This document shows, in pieces, positions 28,302 to 37,533 of a stretch of DNA of 64,000 nucleotides (within the stretch, counting starts at the first letter, position 1; every line of letters begins with the position of its first letter). Source of the DNA: Planctomycetota bacterium (GTDB taxonomy: Bacteria; Planctomycetota; UBA1135; UBA2386). Where the stretch lies: positions 2,880,001-2,944,000 of the forward strand of contig OZ245838.1 of the NCBI GenBank assembly GCA_965228735.1, read 5' to 3'. The notes beneath the pieces were generated by a model that did no database searches, was not told where the DNA came from, and saw only the letters and a list, made by a program, of their open reading frames with translations. The position numbers were made by a program, and so were the translations under genes.

Positions 28302-28777
28302 CGCCCCGCCTCCCCGTTGCCAGCCGCGCCGGAATGCGGCCCCCCAGAGTGCGGATCCCCGGCATGCGGATCCTCGACGAGCTCGGTCAGCACGCCGTCC
28401 ATGCCCTTGGGGTGCACGAACGCCACCCGGCAATCGTGCGCGCCCTTCTGCGGCCCGTCGTCGATCATCGGCGCGCCGCTCGCCTTCATGCCGTCGATCG
28501 CCTGCTGGCAATCCGCGACCTCGAACGCGAGGTGGTGGATGCCGGTCCCGCGCTTGCTGATGAACCTGCCGACCGGCGTCTCCTCGCCGAGCGGCTCGAG
28601 CAGCTCGATCCGGGTCGAGCCGGCCGCGAGAACCGCGACCTTGACCCCCTGCTCCGGCACCTCGTCCGTCGACACGAGCTCGAGCCCGAGGCCGTCGGTC
28701 CAGTGCGGGAGCGACTCGGCGATCGACCGGACGGCGATGCCGATGTGATGCAGATTGCGCGCGCCAGATGCAGTCAT
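28298..28777 (-). CDS. mce: Methylmalonyl-CoA epimerase
   Basis: [51 protein letters not shown]; coupled to pccB (ATGA). Confidence 0.93.
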   Translation of the reverse strand: MTASGARNLHHIGIAVRSIAESLPHWTDGLGLELVSTDEVPEQGVKVAVLAAGSTRIELLEPLGEETPVGRFISKRGTGIHHLAFEVADCQQAIDGMKASGAPMIDDGPQKGAHDCRVAFVHPKGMDGVLTELVEDPHAGDPHSGGPHSGAAGNGEAGR

Positions 28778-28918
28778 TCGGCCGGGGATGCTAGAGGGAG
28801 CTCGGGCGAGAGCGAAACAGAAGTCGGCTTCCACGCTCCCGCGGCTCCGGGTTCGGCGGGCCCGTGCGCGGCCCGGTTCGGCGATTGCTTTCCGAACCGC
28901 GCCGAGCATGCTGCTGCC

Positions 28919-29758
28919 GTGCCCGAACTGCCCGAAGTCGAGACCGTGCGCACCGGCGCCGAGCCGCACCTCGTCGGACGGCGCGTGCTCGATCTCGAGT
29001 TCGCGCGCAGCGATCTGCGCTGGCCGATCCCGATCGACGAGCTCCAGGGCCTGCGAGGTCGCACGTGCACCGCGGTCACGCGCCGCAGCAAGTTCATCCT
29101 GCTGCACTTCGACGGCGACGGCCGCCCGATCGCGCTCGTGCACCTCGGCATGACGGGCCGCCTCGCCGTCGACGTCCACCCGCGCCGCCGCGCGCTCCCG
29201 GAATGGTAGAAGCACGAGCACTGGCGCATGCAGCTCCCCGACCGCCTCGTGCGGTACGTCGACCCGCGCCGCTTCGGCGCGCTCGGGCTCACGTCGGCGA
29301 GCGCGGCCGGCGAGCATCCGTGGCTGCACGCGCTCGGCCAGGAACCGCTGGAGCCGGGCTTCGACGGCGCGTTCCTGCACCGCGTTTCGCGCAAGAAGAA
29401 GTGCAGCGTCAAGTCGCTGCTCATGGACGGCCGCATCGTCGTCGGCGTCGGCAACATCTACGCGAGTGAATCGTGCTGGCTCGCGAGCGTGCGCCCGCGA
29501 CGGGCAGCCAGGTCGCTCACAAGATCCCAGTGCGACGCGCTCGCGGAAGCCGTGCAGCAGGTTCTGCGAGCGGCGATCGCGTCGGGCGGCACGTCGTTCC
29601 GCGACTTTGCCGGCGTCGACGAGGCGGCCGGCTACTTCGCGCGCGAACTCAACGTCTACGAACGTGACGGCGAGGCGTGCAAGCGATGCGGTGAGGATGT
29701 GCGGCGCACCGTCGACGTCGGCCGGAGCACGTATTGGTGCGCCGGCTGCCAGCGCTGA
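28919..29758 (+). pseudogene. mutM: Formamidopyrimidine-DNA glycosylase (Fpg) interrupted by one in-frame TAG at 29207-29209
   Basis: GTG-PELPEVET, RRSKF, HLGMTG, then W*KHEH in the same frame, DPRRFG, GVGNIYASE, GGTS, CKRC..STYWCAGCQ zinc finger. Confidence 0.88.
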
Positions 29759-29798
29759 ACGGCGCGCCCGGGCCGCGCAGCCGGCATCCCACCCCGGC

Positions 29799-30893
29799 CT
29801 ACGTGTCGAACGAGATGATCCAGAGCAACCGCACGCGCGTCTCGTCCGGGCGGCTGTCGACCTTGATCAGCCCGAGCAAGGCGTGGAACACGTTGCGCGT
29901 CTCGGTCTCGCGCGTGGAGCTGTCCGACACGTACGTGTTCTTGTTGCTCATGATCAGGCCCCACGGACCGATCGTCCACCGGTCGGCGAAGACGCCGTCC
30001 TGGAGCTTGAAGATCAGCGGCACCCAGACGTTGGTCTCGCCGCTGTAGTCGTGCAGGTCGATCTCGGCCTCGTAGCTTGGACTCCCCGCGCGTGACACCG
30101 TGACGCGCATGGGGTCGCCGTTGCGACCGCGGCTCGCGATCTCGCGTGACAGCTCACTCAGGGGCGGGACGGGCTTGCCGTCGACCTCGTCGATGATGTC
30201 GCCGCCGCGGATACCGGCGATCCACGCGGGCGAACCGACCTCGACACGACCGACGACGACCGCATTGCGCGCCTCGCCGTAGATCTTCTCGCACCAGTCC
30301 TCGGGGATGCCGCGCAGGTGCACACCCGCGTACGGCCGCCGCGACTGCGACGCCTCGAGCGCGACGCTCTCGGTGTTGGTCACGCGCTCCTCGAGCAGCT
30401 TGACGGTCAGCGGCAGGTCGAGGCGTTCGCCGCCACGACCGATGCTCGCGACGACCGGCTCGCCGACGTCGAGTCGGGCTTCGGCGTCGACGACGTGCGA
30501 CAGGTAGGTCGTGTCGCGTTCGCCGATCGAGTAGAGCACGTCGCCCTGGCGGACGCCGGCAGCCTGCGCCGCCGAACCCTCGTAGACGCCATCGACGAAG
30601 AGCCCCGAGTACGGCCGCAGCCCGTGGCGCTCGGCAACGGCCTTGTCGATCTCGCGCAGCTGGAACCCGAGGAACGGACGCTCCCGATCGACCGCCGTCG
30701 AGACCAGGAGCGAAGCGTCACCGCCAGCACCGCTCTGGATGCGGTAGGTCTCGGAGCTGCCGTCCGGCAGCTCACGCTGCGCGAGGACGTAGTCGGGGCT
30801 GCCGACGATCTGCTGCTCGCGGTAGGTCACGCAAGCGGTGAGCGGCAGGAGCAGGAGGCTGAGGACGAGGACGGACGAGCGGTTTCGGATCAT
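29799..30893 (-). CDS. Lipoprotein with two PDZ domains
   Basis: Lipobox LTAC; RPFLGF..VYEGSAAQAAGVRQGDVL; RPYAGV..VEVGSPAWIAGIRGGDIIDEVDG. Confidence 0.85.
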   Translation of the reverse strand: MIRNRSSVLVLSLLLLPLTACVTYREQQIVGSPDYVLAQRELPDGSSETYRIQSGAGGDASLLVSTAVDRERPFLGFQLREIDKAVAERHGLRPYSGLFVDGVYEGSAAQAAGVRQGDVLYSIGERDTTYLSHVVDAEARLDVGEPVVASIGRGGERLDLPLTVKLLEERVTNTESVALEASQSRRPYAGVHLRGIPEDWCEKIYGEARNAVVVGRVEVGSPAWIAGIRGGDIIDEVDGKPVPPLSELSREIASRGRNGDPMRVTVSRAGSPSYEAEIDLHDYSGETNVWVPLIFKLQDGVFADRWTIGPWGLIMSNKNTYVSDSSTRETETRNVFHALLGLIKVDSRPDETRVRLLWIISFDT

Positions 30894-31048
30894 TGCGGTA
30901 GGAACGGCCACGAATGCGATGACAGCGCAGGACGTGCCGTTACGTGGCCGGGACCGGATGATTTCTGCCGGATCCGGGCGTTCTTGCCGAGCCGGGTGAC
31001 GGCCTCGGGGCCGCGCGGCGCCCGCAAACGCCGCGCGCGGCCCGCAGC

Positions 31049-33418
31049 TCACTTCACGAGCGGCACTTCGAGGCGCTGGGTACCCTCGAACGTGTTGCCG
31101 TCGAAGATCCAGTCCTGGAAGTAGAGCGTCATCGGATCGAGGAACTCGGGGAGCGCGATGGTGTAGGTCACCTGCTGGCCGAACTGGAACGGCAACGTCG
31201 CGAGGTAGGCCGGGCCGAAGGCGTCCACGAGCAGGCGGCAGCCGGGCGTGACCGCGGGATGGATGACGGGCGCATCGTGCGGCGCGAACGCGACGACGAC
31301 GAAGTGGCCGGCCGGGGCGTTGTTCGTGACCCGCAGGTAGTTGAACTCGGCGCCGATCTGCTGATTGCCGATCCACGCGATCGTCGCAGGGCTGCAACCG
31401 AAGCCGGACGTCGTGTCCGGGGCCACGGCATCGTAGGTGAGCGTGTGCCCGTAGAGCGGATTCGTCGCCTCGTCCGACCCGTACGCCATGAGCACGTCGT
31501 TGTGATCGTTGTCGAAGACGCACGCCGGCCCGACGAGGTTGTGACCGCTCGGATCGAAGATCTTGACGTACGACTCGGTAGCCTCGCCGTTGTAGCCGAC
31601 GCGCGAGTAGTACGCCGAGCCGAGCCCGGCGTTCACCCAGCGGTAGGTCGCCACCCAGTGCGAGTCGTCGTTCGTGTCGAACGCGAGGCCGCTGACCCGC
31701 CAGGAGCGCAGGTGAGCCGCCTGCAGCAGCACCGGCGGCCGGTCGGCACCCGCATCGGGCAACGTCGCGCCATGCGACCAGTCGAACCGCTCGAGACGAA
31801 CCGAGTAGCCGAGCGGCGACTGCGTCTTGCCCGGCACCTGCGACAGCCAGTTGGCCGCGAACACGACGGCGTAGCGCCCGTTGTTGCCTTCGACGATCGG
31901 CTCGAGCAGGTGGTGGGTCCCGGCCGCGGAGAGGTCGCTGCGCCACGTGCCGAGCGACATCGAGCCGTCGTTGCCGACGCGCCGCGCCACGAGGTCCCAC
32001 CCGTCACCGTTGATCTGGTTGTCGAACTCCTGGAGCGCGCAGACCCAGCTGAATGCGTTGCCGCCCTCGGCGACCTTGTTGACCGACGGCCGCTCGCAGT
32101 CACGCGTGACGATGCCGCGGATCGTGAACGGCGAGCCGAACGTGCCGTCGGGGCCGGACGCGGGCGCGAAGAGCACGCCGCGGACCTGGCTCGTCGGCGT
32201 GTTGTGGAACGGATTGCCGCCGTGGTCGTCGGTCTGGAACACGACGAGCGCTTCGTCGCCGCTGCGGTAGGCCTCGACGCCGCCCACGTCGGGCCGCCAG
32301 TCACTCTGACCGACGATCCGCGGCAGGACCTCGTAGTTGGTCGCGAGCACGGTGTCGCCCGACGCATGCGCGTGGCAACGGACGCCGGCGTACGGCGTCG
32401 TGGCGTTGCGGAACAACCGCTCCATCGCGATCACCCAGTGGTCGACGCCGCCGACGAACGCGCACGACGGCGAGTTGGTGTCCCAGATGTTCGAGATGTC
32501 GGTGTAGACCGTGGTCGACCCCGAGTGGTCGTCATCGGTGAGCCGCGCGTAGAGGTCGCCGTCGAGCGCCGAGACGTGGCGCACGTAGGCGAACATCACG
32601 TTGTGCGCCGTCGCGACATCGTCCCGCGCGATGTCGCACGCGGTGAGGTGCGCGCCCGACGCGATCTGGACGCGCGTCAGCAGCGGATCGACGACGACGG
32701 GCAGCACAGCACTCTCGAGCCAGCTGCCCGGCACCCGCAACGTGATCTCGCCGGCCTCGTAGCCGGTCGTGAGCGGCAGCGTCTGCCCCGCTGCATCGAT
32801 CGCGTAGGCCTTGCCGTACTGCGTGATCGCGTTGCCCTGGTCGTCGGAGAACGTCAGCGCCTGGTGCGCCGGCGGCACGTCGGCAGCGACGAGGTCGGAA
32901 GTGATCGCGCCCGTGATCACGAGATCGCCGACCACCGGCAGCCGCGTCACGACGAACGTCTGCTCGAGCCCTTCGGCGAGCACGTCATAGGCCTCCGTGA
33001 TGCCGCCGAAGCGGTATTCGACCCGATGATCCGTATGGACCCGGCCAGGCTGGCCCGTGGCGAGTTCGACCCCACCGATCCGCGCCGACGTCGTGCGCCA
33101 CGACAGCGGCTGGTTGCGCGGGTAGTCCTTGCCGAGGTACGGCACGAAGGTCATGTCGCCGTGGAACGAAGCCTTGTAGTCCGCACCGGCGGCCCAGAGG
33201 CCATAGTCGAAGCCGCCATCAGCCGCAGCCGTGTGGACGGGCGTGACCGCGGCGGTCAGCGCCGAGCTACTCGCGGCCATCGTGGCCAGCGTGGCGTCCG
33301 CGGCGGGCGCCGGCCCGGCTGCGAGCGCCGTGCCATCGGGGTTCTGGGCGAAGGCCACGGGCAGCAGCAGGCCGCTGCCGAGCACGAGGGCCGGGATCGA
33401 GATGCGGAGGGAGTTCAT
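31049..33418 (-). CDS. Large secreted beta-rich protein with C-terminal GxGC...LYFQ domain
   Basis: Signal peptide (LLLPVAFAQ); ITEAYDVLAEGLEQTF..LPVVVDP N-domain; propeller-like repeats; C-terminal GFGC..GCRLLV..IALP..LYFQ. Confidence 0.8.
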   Translation of the reverse strand: MNSLRISIPALVLGSGLLLPVAFAQNPDGTALAAGPAPAADATLATMAASSSALTAAVTPVHTAAADGGFDYGLWAAGADYKASFHGDMTFVPYLGKDYPRNQPLSWRTTSARIGGVELATGQPGRVHTDHRVEYRFGGITEAYDVLAEGLEQTFVVTRLPVVGDLVITGAITSDLVAADVPPAHQALTFSDDQGNAITQYGKAYAIDAAGQTLPLTTGYEAGEITLRVPGSWLESAVLPVVVDPLLTRVQIASGAHLTACDIARDDVATAHNVMFAYVRHVSALDGDLYARLTDDDHSGSTTVYTDISNIWDTNSPSCAFVGGVDHWVIAMERLFRNATTPYAGVRCHAHASGDTVLATNYEVLPRIVGQSDWRPDVGGVEAYRSGDEALVVFQTDDHGGNPFHNTPTSQVRGVLFAPASGPDGTFGSPFTIRGIVTRDCERPSVNKVAEGGNAFSWVCALQEFDNQINGDGWDLVARRVGNDGSMSLGTWRSDLSAAGTHHLLEPIVEGNNGRYAVVFAANWLSQVPGKTQSPLGYSVRLERFDWSHGATLPDAGADRPPVLLQAAHLRSWRVSGLAFDTNDDSHWVATYRWVNAGLGSAYYSRVGYNGEATESYVKIFDPSGHNLVGPACVFDNDHNDVLMAYGSDEATNPLYGHTLTYDAVAPDTTSGFGCSPATIAWIGNQQIGAEFNYLRVTNNAPAGHFVVVAFAPHDAPVIHPAVTPGCRLLVDAFGPAYLATLPFQFGQQVTYTIALPEFLDPMTLYFQDWIFDGNTFEGTQRLEVPLVK

Positions 33419-33574
33419 GGCTGGATCAAGGTCGGAGTCAGGTCATCTGCAGGGTGTCTCCCCTGACCTCGACACGCCGATCCCGACCGCACCGCCGAGC
33501 ACTGGTTTTTTGGAGCAGTGGTGCCGCGCCGCCGGCTGCTCGTCGGCGACCGCACGCGGCACGCGCAGGCGGGG

Positions 33575-34756
33575 TCAGGCGCGGCGCACGCCGAAGCGAA
33601 TCGCGGCGTAGGAGCCGGCCTGACAGATCGCGGCGAAGACCAGCACGCCGTTGAAGCCGAGCTCGGGACCGAGCTCGCGCGCGACGAGCGCGAAGCCGAC
33701 GACGCCGAACTGCATCGCGGCCGTGCGCAGCCCCATGAGCGTGCTGAGCTGCGATTCGGGCACGAGCCCCGAGATCAGCGCCTGCAGCGGCCCGGTCCGC
33801 GCCGCGGCCGTCAGCGCGAGCACGAGCCCGATCGAGAGCAGCGCGAGATCGCCCGGCCCCCGCGCCAGCAGGACGAAGCAGCCGACGAGGACGATCGAAC
33901 ACCAGAGGACGAACGTGCGCTTGCCGAGCCGATCGCTGACCTTGCCGAACCCGGCGCTGCCGACGACGGACAACGCGCCGAGCGCGATCCACAGGTAGAT
34001 CTGCTGCTCCTTCGGCACCCGCCCGGTCTCGTCGAGCCAGCCGGTCGCGAGTTGGACGACCGTGAGGAACGAGCCGACGTGCAGCAGCGTCGCGAGCAGA
34101 CCGGCCGCGACCTGACCGTTCCCGAGCACCGCGCGGTAGCGCGCGTGCTGCTCGTCGTCCGGGATGTCGGGCACGCTGCGAATCGCGAGCACGATCGCGG
34201 CGACACCGATGAGCGCCTGGGCGACGAAGATCGACTCCCAGTGCCCGAAGCGGGCGAGCGCGACGGTCACCGGCATGCCAACCGGGATCGCGAGGAACAT
34301 GCCCGCGGAGAACCAGCCCATCGTCGCGCCGCGCCGTTCGTAGGGCGTGATGCGCGACGCGAGCGCCGACGCGGACGAGTACGCGAGTCCGGCCGCGACC
34401 CCGGACAGCACGCGCTGCGTGGCGAACCACCAGAACCCGAGATCGAGGACGTGCAGCGCGCTGGCGACGACGAAGACCAGCAGCCCGAGCTGCAGCGCCC
34501 GCCGCCGCCCGAGCCGCCGCGCCGCGGGCCGGACGGCGAGCGCGCCGAGCCCCATTCCGATCGCCGTGCCGGCGACGAGGATCTCGGAGTCGCCGCCGGC
34601 GAGCTGCAGCTCCGTGCGCAGGAACGGCAGCAGCGCGCCGAGCACGTTCGCGTTGAGGTTGAGCACGAACGCGGCCCACACGAGCGCGAGCACGGCGAGG
34701 CGCTCGGTCGAGCGCGGCAACTCGGAAGCGGCGGGCGGAGCGGGGTCGGTGGCCAA
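33575..34756 (-). CDS. MFS transporter
   Basis: About 12 hydrophobic segments; ARRLGRRR and GKVSDRLGKR motifs; ERRGATMG. Confidence 0.9.
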   Translation of the reverse strand: MATDPAPPAASELPRSTERLAVLALVWAAFVLNLNANVLGALLPFLRTELQLAGGDSEILVAGTAIGMGLGALAVRPAARRLGRRRALQLGLLVFVVASALHVLDLGFWWFATQRVLSGVAAGLAYSSASALASRITPYERRGATMGWFSAGMFLAIPVGMPVTVALARFGHWESIFVAQALIGVAAIVLAIRSVPDIPDDEQHARYRAVLGNGQVAAGLLATLLHVGSFLTVVQLATGWLDETGRVPKEQQIYLWIALGALSVVGSAGFGKVSDRLGKRTFVLWCSIVLVGCFVLLARGPGDLALLSIGLVLALTAAARTGPLQALISGLVPESQLSTLMGLRTAAMQFGVVGFALVARELGPELGFNGVLVFAAICQAGSYAAIRFGVRRA

Positions 34757-34876
34757 GCACCGGCATCATGGGAGGTCGGGATCTGTTTTCCACGTTCTGC
34801 AGCTCGACCTCGACGCCCGCCGCCGGAGCGGGATAGATTCCCCTGCCCCCATGCAGACGATGTCGGAGCTCAGCGC

Positions 34877-36214
34877 GTGAAGATCGCGATCCTCGGCGGT
34901 GGAATCTCCGGCACGGCGCTCGCGCGGATGCTGGCGGGCGACGGCCACGACGTGGCCGTGCTCGAGCGCAGCGAACGCGCTGGCGGGCTCTGCCAGAGCA
35001 GCCGGTTCGGCGACTTCACGTTCGACAACGCCGGCGGGCACATCCTGTTCTCGAAGAACCAGAAGGTGCTCGACTGGCAGCTCGAGCGCTGCGGCGGCGA
35101 CGACGGCACGGTCCGCACCGAGCGCAACACGAAGATCCGGTGGCACGACCGCTGGGTGCCGTATCCGTTCGAGAACGGCGTCGGCCACCTCACGAAGGCG
35201 GCGATCGTCGAGTGCATGGCCGGCTACGTCGAGGCGTTCGCCGACCGGCGCGCCGGCGCGGAGTGCCCGCCCAACTTCCACGACTGGGTACTGTGGCGCA
35301 TGGGCGAGGGCTTCGCGAAGCACTTCATGCTGCCCTACAACGAGAAGATCTGGGAGTGCGACCTGCACCGCCTGTCGAGCGGCTGGGTCGCGGGCCGCGT
35401 TCCCGAGGCGCCGATCGAGGACATCCTGAAGTCCGCGATCGGCCTCGACACCGACGGCTACACGCACCAGTCGGTCTTCTGGTTCCCGAAGCACGGCGGC
35501 TTCGAAACGCTCGTCCGCGGCACCATCGCGGGCGGCGGGTTCGCGCTCCACACGGGCGTCGCGGTCGAACGCGTCGAACGCAAGGGCAACGGCTTCGCGG
35601 TGAACGGCGAGGACTACGACCTCGTGGTCAACACCGTGCCGCTGCCGCTCATCGAGGGCGCGATCGCCGACATCCCGGACGAGGTGCGCAGCGACATCCG
35701 CGCGCTCGAACCGATCTCGCTCGTCAACCTGATGATCGGCGTGAAGCTCGACGAGCCGCTGCCGCCGCTGTCGTGGGTCTACCTGCCGTTCCCCGAGCAG
35801 GGTCCGGTCAACCGCGTGACCTACTACAGCAACTACGCGCCGGGGAACGCGCCGGCCGGACACGGCTCGTTCCTCGCCGAGGTCACCCACCGCGGCGACC
35901 TGCAACCGGACCGCAAGTGGGCGCGCGAGGTCACCGCGGCGCTCGGCCGCGCCGGCATCCTCGAACCGGACAACGTCGTGCTGCTCGAGTGGTGCGACAA
36001 CACGTTCGCCTACATCGACCAGGACCTCGAGTTCGCGGATCGGATCGGGCGCGTCCGCGGTTGGTTCGACACGAGCGGCTACATCACGTTCGGGCGGTTC
36101 GGGCGCTACGAGTATCACAACAGCGACCAGTGCATCGCGCGGGCCATGGAGGTCGCCGAGCACGTGCGGGAGATCGCGGCGAGCGGGGCCCCGGCCGCGC
36201 CCGTCTTCGCCTGA
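34877..36214 (+). CDS. FAD-dependent oxidoreductase, UDP-galactopyranose mutase/protoporphyrinogen oxidase-like
   Basis: KIAILGGGISG, E...AGGLC, FDNAGGHILFS, VPYPFEN, PYNEKIW, FWFPKHGG, GRFGRYEYHNSDQ. Confidence 0.85.
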   Translation: MKIAILGGGISGTALARMLAGDGHDVAVLERSERAGGLCQSSRFGDFTFDNAGGHILFSKNQKVLDWQLERCGGDDGTVRTERNTKIRWHDRWVPYPFENGVGHLTKAAIVECMAGYVEAFADRRAGAECPPNFHDWVLWRMGEGFAKHFMLPYNEKIWECDLHRLSSGWVAGRVPEAPIEDILKSAIGLDTDGYTHQSVFWFPKHGGFETLVRGTIAGGGFALHTGVAVERVERKGNGFAVNGEDYDLVVNTVPLPLIEGAIADIPDEVRSDIRALEPISLVNLMIGVKLDEPLPPLSWVYLPFPEQGPVNRVTYYSNYAPGNAPAGHGSFLAEVTHRGDLQPDRKWAREVTAALGRAGILEPDNVVLLEWCDNTFAYIDQDLEFADRIGRVRGWFDTSGYITFGRFGRYEYHNSDQCIARAMEVAEHVREIAASGAPAAPVFA

Positions 36215-36309
36215 GCGACCGCGGCCGCGTGACGCTCGACCGGATCCCGATCCGATTCGTCGAAAATTCGTTTCCACTACGGAACCCCGGAACCCGACGC
36301 CGCCGTCCA

Positions 36310-36570
36310 AGGGGTGTTCCGCGTGGACCATGCCTCTGCGCGGAGCATTCCTGTCTCCAGGATCCCCAGACGAGCATCTTCCGGACGCCGAGACGGCATC
36401 GCGAATCAGAGGGGTCTGTTCCAGGGTGAAAGCCCGAGGTGCAGCTGGCCAGTCAGCGAGTGGCCAGCACGTCTCGCGCTCGTTCCCGGCGGGTTCTGGA
36501 GGCAGGGTCCATTTTACTCTCAGTTCTCATGCAGCAGCGGAGTGCGTTCGTAAGAGCGTGCTCCGCGCTC
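36310..36570 (+). ncRNA. Candidate structured non-coding RNA of unrecognised class
   Basis: 18-bp stem 36310-36327/36335-36352 (5 G.U); 16-bp long-range stem 36350-36365/36491-36506 (3 G.U); GGGU-GAAA-GCCC; GCUGGCCA/UGGCCAGC; GCGGAGUGCGUUC-GUAA-GAGCGUGCUCCGC. Confidence 0.6.
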
Positions 36571-37170
36571 ATTTCTGGCGACTCCGACCGAACCGGAGCC
36601 GCCCGCTGCGGCCCCGGCCGCCCCCATGGGACGGGGCGCACGACCCGACTCGGGCTGCCGCGCGGGCAAATCGCAGCGGAAAAAGCCCGTGATTGGGTGC
36701 GCCATTCGGTCCCCCTGTTCGTTACCAGAGGGCATCGTGCACTATGGTTGTGCATCCGGAAGGCCCGTTGCGGACGAAGTTCGCGCAGGTCGAGCGCCGT
36801 CACCACCACCACCCGCGGCGTTCTCCGGTCGATTCCCTGACACTTTGACCCCGACCCCGACACGAACGGGGCGGGCCGGACCCGGCGGACCCGAGGTTCC
36901 CGAGAACCCTGGGTTCCGGAACACCCTGGTTTCAGGGTTCGGCCCGACGCACTAGACTTTCTTCCTGGCGTTACGCCGCTTCCGCCGCCGGTTCGCCGGC
37001 GACCAGACCACCCCAATGCCCGACGTCGTGCCCCACCACTGCACGTCTCGGCCGAGCGCGCTGGCTCGGCCCGGGGGCGGACTGGCCGGACGCGGGCTGC
37101 CGCAATGCCGATCCACCCGAGCGGCGCCCCCCTCGAGGGCACCGTCTGCACCCTGGGAGGGGGTGCTCTG

Positions 37171-37518
37171 ATGCCGGAACCGACGATCGAACAGGCCCGG
37201 ATCGAACCAATCCCGAGCGGTCGCATCGACCGCAACCAGGTCCGCGCCGACTGGGCGCGGGACGGCTACAGCTGCGAACTCTGGGTCGATCCCCCGGAGC
37301 GTGTGTGGAGTGACTTCGTGCACGACGCCGACCTGCGGCTGTTGCTGCTGCAGGGCTCGATCCAGGTCGCGCTACCGGACCGGACCGTGCAGCTGACGAC
37401 CGGCGACGAACTCGACGTCCCGGCGCACACCCGCTTCACGATCCGTCACCTCAGCGACCAATCGGCCCGCTGGCTGCACGGCTACCGCCAGCCCGCGCGC
37501 ACCACCCGCGCGTCGTGA
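37171..37518 (+). CDS. Cupin-domain protein
   Basis: WVDPPERVWSDFVH..LLQGSI..GDELDVPAHTRF; GGGAGG RBS. Confidence 0.8.
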   Translation: MPEPTIEQARIEPIPSGRIDRNQVRADWARDGYSCELWVDPPERVWSDFVHDADLRLLLLQGSIQVALPDRTVQLTTGDELDVPAHTRFTIRHLSDQSARWLHGYRQPARTTRAS

Positions 37519-37533
37519 ACCTACGGGGGATGT

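Noticed and set aside
29207..29209. Genome-wide stop-codon reassignment (TAG or TGA)
   Set aside because: TAG ends conserved genes at their expected C-termini (14707 permease, pccB, ETF-QO) and TGA ends dnaB, the response regulator and others
36310..36950. Assignment to RNase P, tmRNA, SRP, FMN/cobalamin/glycine/c-di-GMP riboswitch, group I/II intron or retron ncRNA
   Set aside because: Diagnostic conserved strings are absent or only fragmentary; no reverse transcriptase or nuclease nearby
36314..37323. Short ORFs in the intergenic region (e.g. 36439-36840, 36453-37235)
   Set aside because: No RBS, codon-bias or motif support; they overlap each other on both strands
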